Source: Takakia lepidozioides (Eukaryota; Plantae; Bryophyta). From it: 64,000 nt of DNA. The notes beneath the pieces are model-generated. The model had not been told where the DNA came from and ran no database searches. It was given only the letters and a program-made list of their open reading frames with translations. Where the stretch lies: assembly GCA_030704615.1 (NCBI GenBank), contig CM060732.1:51088001-51152000 (forward strand), in the 5' to 3' direction. The position numbers were made by a program, and so were the translations under genes. Below, in pieces: positions 53,301-64,000 of this stretch; the stretch's first letter is position 1, and each line of letters starts with the position of its first letter.

Positions 53301-55691
53301 AGCGCGCAGAGTTGTTCAAGAAAGTCATGCCCATGGCTTTTGAGAACCTTGCCATTGCACAACGCCGTGATACGTTGAGGTATGTCACTATACGTGGTGG
53401 AGGATATCGTCCTGGGGTTCGGAGGTTTAGCCCTGGTGACTATGTTTATTTGCAGCAGACTGCTCCTACGACTGTAGATGTTACTTCAGGGCGTGTTATT
53501 CTGAGGGTTCGAGAGGTGTTGCCCTCAGGGGTCCTGATCTTGGAGGGTTGGGATGACATGACTTGGAAGGACCATGTGCGTAATTGTGCGCCATGTCACC
53601 TTCCTAATGTCGATGGCAGAATTGACCCAAACTTGGCAGTGACCTGCAGGTTTGAGGTGCATGCTCTGTAGGTCTGCCAAAGGGGCAGCCACCATGCTGG
53701 TGTGTGATCGATGCTCAAGGGGTTGGCATATGGGATGCTTGACACTACCTCTTGAGAAGGTTCCTGACGGAGATTGGTTGTGTCCAAACTGCTTGGGATA
53801 GTGGCAGTGGACATGACTGGAGGCAGCTAACAAGACATGAGAGGCCAAGCTCATAGGAGTCAATACATGAGATCCCAAGCTCAAGTTCACAGGTTGCAAG
53901 ACGGCGACTAACGATGGGGCAACTCTTGTACCCGGCCTCTTGATCTATCAAGTTTGAGTGTAGTAGGGATAGTGGTGGAGGATTTAGTGAGGCTATAGTC
54001 ACTATCACATCTTGTGGCTACCTGGACTTAGAGGGACCTAAGCACCAGCTAGGGGGGGCGATTGTGTGGACTAGTGACTGCCATAGTGGGCAGCATAGTG
54101 GCAGCCTAGTGACTGACTAGTTGTAGCCTAGTGGTTGGACTAGTGGTTGAACTAGTGGTGGACTAGTGGTATACTAGTGTGTGGTGTGCACATGTGTTGT
54201 GTGGTTTTGGACAACGATGTAGTTGTAGCGATATGTATGCGCACGAACTATCAAGTTATTTTACCACTAGTGTGAAACTAGCTAGGAAATAGCTAGCTTT
54301 TACATATTGACATTTGGGATTGGCCCAAGTGTCAATCCAGGGGTCAAGGTAGATTTAGGCCCTGGAGTGGTTATCTTCACGGCAAGCGCGGGAGGTTCAT
54401 CTTTCTCGAGTTGAGCCTCACCGCGCCTAGCTATGGCGCCGTAGTGTGGATTCCCCATGGCGTGGGGTGCACTTGGCTTGACTTGTATTTGAGTGATGAG
54501 GTTATATATGCATGAGTTTATGCTTCAGCTTTGTGAGCTCGCATGAGCTTGTGCTTGTATTCTTCTTCTTTATCTATTTGTGTGGACTAGTGACTGCCAT
54601 AGTGGGCAGCATAGTGGCAGCCTAGTGACTGACTAGTTGTAGCCTAGTGGTTGGACTAGTGGTTGGACTAGTGGTGGACTAGTGGTATACTAGTGTGTGG
54701 TGTGCACATGTGTTGTGTGGTTTTGGACATCGATGTAGTTGTGTAGCGATATGTATGCGCACGACACCTCTGATGCGCGCAAAAAGACGACCGCAAGCTG
54801 GGCATGGGGTACGGTCTGATGGGAGAGGCGCCTACTGTTGGGGTAAGAGTGATGGGGTCGGCAATGCATGCTGTACAACTGGAGAAGAAGACACGTGGAG
54901 AGGCTCATGACCAAAAGAAGTTGGGCTGCCTTGAAGCCGCTGCCGAGAATGGGATGGAGAACCTGGAGGAGAAGTGATTGGCGTGAGACCTCGAACCCTA
55001 CCTGAGAGGCGCAGCGGGGGAGGGCTCAACAGACACTGTGGGAGTTCTTCGGTCGGTGGGGCGCCAATGGAAGAACCTGGAATCAGCGGTGGAGAAGACC
55101 GTTGTGAAGATGACGACTCTTCTTGAACTTGGTGTCTGGAGCTTGGACTCTGGTGCGCATCAGGAACATGTGAGCTAGGGGTAGGGGTACGTTGGCGTTG
55201 GGGTCTTCCAAGAGGAGCAAGTCTTGTAGTAGGAGCAGTTGCGGCTGTGTTCAGCACCCCTCGTTGTTCAGTAACTTAGATCCATATTTCAATTGACCCC
55301 ATAGAACTTGATGCAAGGGAGAAGTGGAACATTCCAACCCGGCAACAATGAAATGGAAAACTCAGCCCACCCACTGATCACATACAAAGTTACTGCGGCA
55401 TTCACAGGAAAACATCCAAATTGTGAATAGGAGTGGAATATCAAAGTTAGCTTGTGCATTATGTCACTGATGGTGGGAGGCTCACGGGTAAGTAGATGAC
55501 ATGAATCCACAGGGGCGAGAAGCAGTGAAGCATCGAGCGTGGGTTGCTTTTAGCCTACACAAAAGTTGCAGCAGCACCGAGACACACATTTTTCACTACC
55601 AGAGTGAAATTTCTTATGCAAGTGGTGTCTCATCGTCAAACACCTTCACCGTGTGTATGCAAAGGTAAGTCTCCCACCTCGGAAGGGTCCC

Positions 55692-58048
55692 ATGGCGCTG
55701 GGCCTGCAAGGCCTGTGCACGAGCCATGCTGGCTCTGTTTTTCTTGAGAAGAGGGAAGCGCCTGCATCAGTATTCAGTAGGGAGCTTCGATCAGGTCTGT
55801 ATATCAAGCGAGGGTGGGGAGCACAGCCGGTCGTCTGTAAGGTGCGAGGGCTCAAGGAGATACGGGCTTGTGCTGTGATGATGCCAGCCGTATCAAAGGA
55901 AGGCATTACCAGAGCTCAGCCCGTCTCCACCCCTGAGGTACATGAAAGGTCCTGCCACACGGGGTGCTGATTTACTTTTGGGTGTATGTGCACTTGTTGC
56001 ATCTTCACCTTGTAAGTTGTGGCTGTTTATCCTATTTGTATCAATAGGGCCCCTCCTAGCTACTCTTTTTCTTTCTTCCCTCGCCCGCAACAAGCAATGC
56101 AGAAACTATACACGGGCTCATTGTGACATGGTTTCAACTGGCAGGTGGAGGCGCTGCTGAACACTTTGAAGTGGGACAAGCAGGGGCTGGTAGTGGCAGT
56201 GGCACAGCATGTGGACACAGGTGCATTGCTGATGCAGGGCTTCGCCAACCGTGATGCAGTGTCTGCAACACTGGCCTCAAGGTGTGCCACATTCTATAGT
56301 CGCAGTCGCTCATCGCTCTGGACCAAAGGCGAGACCTCTTCCAACTTCATTCACGTACTAGATGTCTATCTGGACTGTGACCGAGATTCTGTATGCCCCA
56401 AGCTCTGCCACTCTCTTCTTGCCATTCTGATGCTGTTAGCCCATTACATAGATTCCAAGAGGAGTACAATATATCAAATAGAAATTCACTAGAGAACCTT
56501 TTTTTGTGTTGGAGAGGAACTGTGTTTGTACATCTGCCCTGTATATACTAGATGCGCCCACTGAAGCCCAAAGATGCCCAGTTCCAGGAAGATGAGGTTT
56601 CATCTGGCATGGACATCAACAGCTGTGAGTGGAGGCTACTAAAAGATGCATGCATGGTGCAGATTGTTTACTTGGGTAAACCGGATGGACCCACATGCCA
56701 CACTGGTGCCGACACGTGCTACTTCACTTCTGCCCTTCAGGTTGACAATTCTTGAGAGGCTTTCATTTAGCAAAGCAGGTCACACTTTTTCAGACTCTCC
56801 CTATAGAAGAGCTGAGACTGAGCCTAAGTGAAGCTCGTTGTTGTGCCTGTAGGCGACGGACCTGGTGAAAGTAAATGTTGATACATTGTCGACTCCTAAT
56901 CTTTGTTTACATTGCTGATGGGAGCCTCTTGTGCCAGAGTATGCTGTTAGCATATGTCTGTAAGTCCCTATCAGGATTCAAGTGTCTGAGTTGATATGCT
57001 CAACATGGCTGCAAAATAGAGAGAGAGGATGTAGTCATTACAGTTGTCGTGCCATAACCTTGTGGCCATATCCCCTGCGCTGGGAATGTACATGACAAAA
57101 TGGCCACAAGTGCAAATGGTGGAGTACATTTATACGGTGGATTTGTATAGAAGGACTGGAATTGACAAGTTATAATAATATATAATATATGACGCCTCCA
57201 GAAGGAAGCGTAAATTAGGGTGTCTCTTTACCCCGAAGGGCTACTGCCTTCCGACATGAAGGTGGACACCTTTGTGACACCAATCGGTGGATTGAATCCA
57301 CAACCACTTCCGAGGTGGTATGTGTCCATTACCACTGGGCTACAACTTGGTTGTCTTGACAGTTATACATGTTGTGCGTGGCAGGAGGCGGATGCAAAGC
57401 CGTTGCTTACAACCTTGTACTCACTAGAGTCCACCATTGCCCAGCGCAAGGCTGAGCTGGCTGCCAGCCCTGCTGCTAAACCTTCGTGGACAAAACGCCT
57501 GCTGGATGATCCGAAGTTGCTTTGTTCAAAGATCCGGTTCGAATATGTTCTCCTTTTGCAAGCAATGAATACATCTCTCTCCCTTCGCCCTGGTGGCTGT
57601 CTAGCTCTCTATTGGGGGTTGTTACTTATTTTCGTACTGGCTGTTCCATTCCCTGATCACTTCTTTAATCAATTGCAGATTCAGGCATCTTCGATTTATG
57701 CTTTCTAAGTTGAACAACTTTAAGTCAAGCTGCTTGGCTTTCAAAGGTATGCCTATACAGTATAGAATGTACCATGCATGGCATGAGTGTAAAGGTGTTT
57801 GTTGCCTTGAACATGTCCCACTTGACAGGGAGGAGGCTGATGAACTGTGCCAGACACTCGAAGCAACAGAGGGCACAAGTCGCACAGCATCAGAGATGGC
57901 AGATGTTTTGTACCATGCCATGGTTTTATTGGCAGTCCAGGATGTGAAGCTTGAGGATGTGATGGCCACTCTCCGGGCTCGTTTCTTTCAATCTGGTGTG
58001 GAGGAAAAGAGTAATCGACGGAGCAAATTGTCTGATACCCCATCTTAG
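55692..58048 (+). CDS. HISN2: Plastid bifunctional phosphoribosyl-AMP cyclohydrolase / phosphoribosyl-ATP pyrophosphatase (hisIE). Exons 55692-55937, 56145-56390, 56663-56740, probable micro-exon 56853-56870, 57385-57536, 57829-58048
   Basis: Transit peptide, then FYSRSRSSLWTKGETS, LDCDRDS, GPTCHTGADTCYF, LCSKIREEADEL and SEMADVLYH. Splice phases are consistent. Confidence 0.95.
57172..57350 (-). mobile_element. tRNA-derived SINE, copy 2 (full-length, intronic)
   Basis: A-box TAGCCCAGTGG (57342-57332), B-box GGATTCAATCC (57299-57289), TA-rich tail, and an imperfect TSD ttgac(a)agttata at ~57162 and ~57356. Confidence 0.8.
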
Positions 58049-60367
58049 GCCCCAGCCGCACCTGCCAGTTAGGAAGCCAATTAGGTTAGCTAATTGGCGT
58101 TAGTGGCATGGCGACGGCCGGACCTGCCGATTAGGATGCCGGTTAGCTAACCGGTGATTAACTGACATTAAAATCTGTAACGGGGAGAGGCCGCGATTTA
58201 ACACCTCCTACATGGAGGTGTTAAACCTCGGGCTGCGATTAAAAATCGGGCAGCGGAGCAGCTGCCATCGCGTTCTTGAACTCTTCTATCAAGATAGAGT
58301 GCAGGGGAGAGTGCAGGGGCCATCGCGTTCTTGAACTCGTCTATCACGACAGAGTGCAGGGAGAGAGTAGGAGAGTGCTCATCGCATACAGACTACAGGG
58401 ATAGCATGTCAGCTTCCACCACGACGTCGAATGCTGACCTGGTTGTGTTGGAAGGCATGGGTCGTGCACTACATACAAATTATAATGCAAAGTTCAAGTG
58501 TGAGGTTCTAAAGCTTGCCATGATCAAGAACCAGCGCCTAGCTGAGCAATTAGTGAATGGCTCCATTTACGATTGCATCTGTAGGTATGAGCCAGCAACT
58601 CCTGCTCAATTTTTTAGAAGGCTGATAAAGATTTGAGTTTGAGTACAGCTGAGTCATTGACCTGCATGAATTGAAGATGGTTGGATCTGACTGGGATGCT
58701 ATACAGATACATCCAGCAATTGAAAGCCCATGATAACCATGCATCTCACTGATGAGACTAGGTTTGATGCCAACAGCCTACCGCTCCCTCACTATATTCA
58801 GAGCTGCCAATGCATATGGGAGTAGTCAAGCCATGAATCCGCTTGTAAAACTAGTATTGAAGTCCTGAGAGTGGCAAGGTGATTAGCTGCTGATAACAAA
58901 CTGATGAGCCATATTGTGGGCAGCAAGTTCATGCCAGGGATGAGTAACTGAATGTTGGCAGACCTGGAGACATTTCTTCAGAGCTTGCTTTGGAACTGTG
59001 GAATGGTGTACATTACCAGAGCACTGCCCTGAAATGTCCTCGAAGGCAAATGTTGGTGCTAAACCTTAAACCCTGGCCAACTCGGGTACAACAAAGAAAT
59101 TACTATGTGAGGAGGTTTTGGCATGTCGCGTTTTGGGAGTGAATGTGTAATGGTGTTCAATAATACGCCAGTAAAGGTAGACTCTGGAATTGCCCTTACG
59201 GAGAATTGCTTGTTGCCTTCTTAGAGTAGCAGTGGCAGTGTGGAATCATGGTGCTTATAGCAGTTAACTGCACTTTTGATGCCAATTGAACAGTCCATGC
59301 ATGTTTTTATTTGTCACAACCATCAAGTGCAGAGACCTCAAGATATTTGATCAAGACTGATCGGCACTGACAGGGTTCTGATTTCCCTCAAGTGACCAGG
59401 ATTCTTGCTGTTGCTATTCCTCTTTTCTTCACCCCTTTTCATCAAGGTAGGCTATGGGATGGAACCAGGTGCTGAAATGTTCGTGCCACTGTACCATGAT
59501 ATAGACTTTAACCTTTCCAAATTTCTGATGATTTCACTGGGCAAAGAAATTATATGAACTCTTCCCTATCTTTTTTCACATGTTCAGTGCCAATCCTGCC
59601 TTCCCCAATAATATCAATTGGTCTGTGTAATCGGGACACTCACTTGGATGCACAATAACATATGCAGTCTCTTTCTCATAAGTATACAATAGGACGAGAT
59701 GCAGCCTATAGGATGGTTGACTAGAGAATTGAGCTCCTCTGCAGAATGCTGCTATGAAAAAGAACACTGGCCACATAAGGTGAGATGGTAGTACACAGTC
59801 TGCTCGTGTCCGTATTTTCTGCATTTTCCTAGACTCGGGAGTCCAATGAGACATAACATTGACCAAATACCCCATCTTGGTGAAAAGGGCCCTCCCTTAA
59901 CAAATTGCAATGAGCTCAAGATTCACAAGACAAGAGAGCAACAAAAACTTATGGCTTTCTACTTGACACTCATGGAATTACACCTTCCTGCTTTGCATAG
60001 GCCTCTCCTGAGTTACCATAAGGTCTGGACAAAGAAAAAGTCAGGCTTGATGCGTTACCACGCTGGATGACTGGCCCAAGTTAGCCTAAGTCAGAGCGGA
60101 CAAGTTGAACATCTCATAATTGGAATACGTTACAAAAGCTTTTGCTACTTCAAGAATTTTGCCCCTCCAAAGTGGAAAAAGGTTAGCTCTCCAGGCTGTG
60201 CTGCCCTAAAGCTCTAGTGTTTGGAAGGAGCCTTTCAACACACATCAGACCACATCCACACAAGCAAAGCAGAAGATGAAGGACATCAATGTGTGAAGAT
60301 GGTTGAGAGACTAACCCCTAGCATTAATTTGCAAGGCAGGAGTCTCAAAAAAAACCCAAGAGAAATC

Positions 60368-62070
60368 CTACATGGCTGGTATGGGCAGCTCTAACGAGGA
60401 CTGAATTTCTGCCTCAATTACAGGGCTACGTTTTAGATTGACAGTTGGTGATTTCCTCGTCAAGCGCGCCTTTTGCTCTAGCACCAGCTGCTCTGCAAAC
60501 CAATCAAGGCGCTCCGAATTGGTCTGTGTAAGCAACCTGCGACCCCCAAAGGGTAGGTGCTCCATGCTACTCTGGCTCAGCACGTCATCTGCCAGCTTCA
60601 TCAGCCTCTTCACATTACCTTGGCTTCCATCATCCATCTCTGTCAGAGCCCGACTTGGCAACCCTGACACCTGTTCCAAGCCCACCCAGTGTTTGGAAAC
60701 ATACAGACCCGCAGTCTGGAGATGGACACAGACTGCCTAGCAACATAGCAGAACATACAACATAGCAACACAGAAGATGCCAAAGGCATTACTATGTAGG
60801 ATTATGGCTGAAATCTCCAAAACTGAAGGACACATTGAACAATCTTCTTAGATTGAATGAGTCCCACTGAGTATGAGAACTTGTCCAAAGTCTGGCTTCG
60901 TAGAAGTACATGTGCAATCTTGTCTTAGTGGAACCATTCCATCGTGTAAAATACTGTTAGTACCCTTTGTAGGAAATTCTGCCTCTCCAAACAACACCCA
61001 AGCGCATGGAAATTTCAACTCGGGTACAAAGGCTTCCCATTCTTCTAAAACTAAGAGCCCAAGACATGTACCTGGATGCGCACATATTGCCTCCGATGAT
61101 CTCCAAATGACATACTGACAGTGTGATCCACCATATCCGAGATGCCATCCAGTACAATTTTTACAATTGGTTTAGCCCATTGAAATGCTCCCCAACCCCG
61201 TACCTTTTTATAGCCATAGGTTTGGTCAAACTGGCCTGTTCCTAAGGAAAGAACCAGCAAATCACTCACGTTGTGCACCCAAGGAAACTCCGACTTATTA
61301 TGTAGCACATGTGTAATCGCTGCTGCTGTTGGATTGTTCATAACAAGCCCTCCATCAATTGCTGTACAACTCGTTTTACCGTCTACCGAGGCCATGCAAA
61401 TAGGCTTGAAGAATGATGGAACAGCCGATGTTGCACGACAAACCTCCCAAAGGTTGAAGTTCCAGGTTTCAGCATCCAAGGCATCAGCTCTGGAGAAAAG
61501 GAACGCTCCAGCACTTGTAAGATCATAACAGGGGATAAGAACTGGCTTTATGGTATCACGCAGTGTGAGCGGCCGATCAGCTCTCACCAAATATTCTTTC
61601 AACAATGCTTCCAGATACTTAGTTGAATACCGGGGGGTCATGATACCCCGCAGTTTTGCCCATGCACGTTGCGTTGTGGGAATCTTAAATATGCGCTTTC
61701 CCTTCTCTGCTATAAGCCTCCAGGTCTCCTCGCCTCTGAACAGAGGTTTTCCGTTCTGATCACCCGTGAAAAGCATGGTTGCAAGTATACCTCCAATACT
61801 GGTACCCGCTGCTACATCGAAATAGTCTGCAATGTGAGCCTCCGGGTCCCCACTCTTGCTTTTAAGGGCCTCCTCCAAGTAAGCCAGCACACGCCCCGGT
61901 ATGATACCACGCATCCCGCCTCCATCTATACTCAATATACATACTTTGCCCCGATGTGTACTCTCGTAGGCCTCTACCGCCTCGCCAATCTCCAGTTTCG
62001 CTTTTAGGCCTTCTCCATTGCAAGAACTTTGATCAGTTTTGTCCCGTTCTTCAAGGGCTTCCCGCTCCAT
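60368..62070 (-). CDS. Patatin-like phospholipase, pPLAIII group. Exons 62070-61072 and 60670-60368
   Basis: ILSIDGGGMRG, VAAGTSIGG, AIDGGLVMNNPTAAAITHVLHNK, DLLVLSLGTG and TNSERLDWFAEQLVLEQ. One phase-0 GT-AG intron. Confidence 0.93.
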
Positions 62071-64000
62071 GCCGTACCAACGCGGACTTCCTCAAACAAG
62101 GATGGATAACGAAACACTAGAATTCTAAAGATTCGAGTCTTTCCTCAAACAGTCAGTGAACACAAATGCTTTCAACCAAAAAGGCGGGGACAAAATCTCC
62201 CTTCCATAATACTTCAGCTGCCACTGAGAGTCCCGTGCCATAACCACGCCATCAGACAACACTTGGCAGGGAAGAGCGCTTCACTTATACTCGGCTGCAT
62301 AAGTTCAAAGTGCTGCTGCATATGTCCGGAGGCAGGATCACGTCTATTTGTGCTGATAGAAAGGAACAAATCTATCTCAGCAATTTGTGATGTTAACTGG
62401 TCAAAACTGAAGTTTAAACCCCGTGTTTCCGCATCGAGCAGTGATTGATGCACGCCTTGTCATCTTCATCTTCCTCTTCCAAAGCAGCAGTGGCATAATT
62501 CTACCCGGCGTATATCACTCCAGGAGAGAGATAGTGACTGAACCAAAGCCAAGGCAGCACCATGGGAATTATATCCCGCCAATCTACCGACACAACTGCG
62601 TCCTACATCTCCCCCTTACGGATGGCCGTTGTTCTTCTGGCATCAAGTCTTCAGCGACATATACCCCGTCAAAATCGAAACGACTTAGCGGCATCCTGTT
62701 CCTCTAGCTGTCATCCGCATGCTTCTGGAACAACAATATCACGCTTGTTCCCCGCACATCCTTCTCCGCTCCTCTTCGCTCCCAGCTGGATGTTCCAATC
62801 TGCCAATTTGAAATAGCCGGAACGATGGTGTGCTTTCCGGGAACATACACAAAAACAAACAGGCTCCCAGTAGTCTCTCACTTCCCATTTCTTCTGGAAA
62901 GCTTGGACTCCGACGGAAAAGCATTGGCCTAGAACAGTGGACTACACTAGAACAGTGGCGCAGAGTTGTAGAACACGTGACTGCGTCTACCTATCGCAGA
63001 GCGACGGCGCAGAGGCAGATGCCATGGAAGGAGCGCGGGGCGTGCAGAGGCAGACCCGTTTTGTCGCACTCTTGTTTTCCTCTGCAAAACGTGCCCGACT
63101 CATTTTCCAAAAGCGTTCCGTCTACCGCACACGCAGTCGCTTCACTTAAACCCTCGTTACCAGAGACCGCATTTTGTGAGGGCCGGGAGTGCAGTATTTG
63201 GAGGCATAACTTATACTTGTCAGGGAAGGACCTTGAATCATATGGGAATATTCTGGGCAGTTCTTCACTGCTTCGAAATAACCTCTAAGTGCCTTACCTC
63301 ATCATGGAAGGATCTGGGGGAATGGATGAACCACTTCCATTTTTTGGGATCGTTACATGATGAAACGGGGATCCTTTTACTTTATGTTACTATGGGGTGT
63401 CAAATATTTGATGATTACAGGCAAATAAAAAATATAGCCTGCCCAGATTTAAGTTATGCATATTACAAAAAAAAAAAAAAAACCTTTTATTTGAAAAATA
63501 ATAATTATAGTGTGGATGAAAGAAATAATAGTACCTTGATAGAAAATACCTTTTTATCGCACATGATTCCCTAAACTATATGGGGAGTGGATTCCCCGAG
63601 GGAAGGATCTGACCATGCAAATTAAATAACAAAATGGCCTTTGTATAATGGTCCAGCTCCAGAACGGCCCCATATGAGTGATTGTGAGAAGATCATGATT
63701 TTCTGGAAATCTGATCGTGTAAATAATTAGTAGTGCGTCACATTTACAAGCACTGTGTCACTTTCCTTCTCATTTCCCTCCAACTGCAGCAGCATGGTAT
63801 TTTTAAATCAAATCCATGATATGCGTCGTGCGATACAGTTTGACCAATTTTGAGCTATAAAATCTCAAAGTGCTCCTTTAAATGAATGTAAGTAGATATC
63901 TTGTGTGTCCTCTATTTGCATGTTATGAAGCTGGTAGGAGATCCACACTGTATTTTTCGCACTAAAATTCTTGTGGCCGATCATGAATATTCTTAACCTC

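Larger units (their letters stand above)
39340..54766 (+). mobile_element. Ty3/Gypsy element X (DNMT/PHD family), decayed and interrupted by element Y. Order: repeat-B remnant, long leader, gag (~42129-43664), DNMT remnant (50008-50377), RT (~50900-51600), RNase H, integrase, PHD, PPT, A-B-A end
   Basis: Gag knuckles CWTCGGPHVKKDC and CGHCGKHGHGEAQC; RT CYIDDIIIF; RNase H FQLHTDWS...VTDHQPL; integrase HEELGHF, VLTDQGREF, GLAERVVQTVK; PHD at ~53655-53795; PPT AGGGGGGG at 54051-54058. 39340-39435 is a near-identical copy of 54479-54574. Confidence 0.9.

Noticed and set aside
54832-55257. 141-aa Ser/Pro-rich ORF on the minus strand
   Set aside because: Low complexity, a non-ATG start and no domain; it cannot be supported as a gene.
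57285-57350. Functional tRNA gene
   Set aside because: It has A and B boxes but no complete cloverleaf, and it is attached to a repeated body and tail, so I called it a SINE.
58331-58800. Possible pogo/Brinker-type DNA-binding remnant ([13 protein letters not shown])
   Set aside because: The match is too short and degenerate; no TIRs or DDE domain could be supported.

Overview
This is eukaryotic nuclear DNA from a land plant, probably a bryophyte: the genes have GT-AG introns, the cryptochrome is moss-like, and PLS-PPR genes are abundant. There are five apparently intact spliced genes: HGSNAT-like (runs off the left edge), CREG1-like, cryptochrome, HISN2/hisIE and a group III patatin. A large PLS-PPR gene has OSB-type 'WDNR/PDF' motif exons spliced in front of it and a decaying DYW domain. 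Shattered pseudogenes of the same PDF-PPR type form an inverted cluster at ~9.8-17.4 kb, which includes a captured nucleostemin fragment. There is also a Harbinger-type MITE, two tRNA-derived SINEs, a trihelix/Myb-SANT relic and a ~180-bp tandem array. A ~18.6-kb nest of three Ty3/Gypsy elements occupies 36.2-54.8 kb. The standout is a Gypsy family (two copies) with three unusual traits: (1) a DNMT3-like cytosine methyltransferase remnant upstream of RT and a PHD finger after integrase; (2) a Tf1-like self-complementary primer site; (3) a 3' end arranged PPT-A-B-A with a palindromic GACA-GC-TGTC A|B junction, suggesting a split/permuted LTR. All family assignments come from motif recognition by eye; no searches were run.
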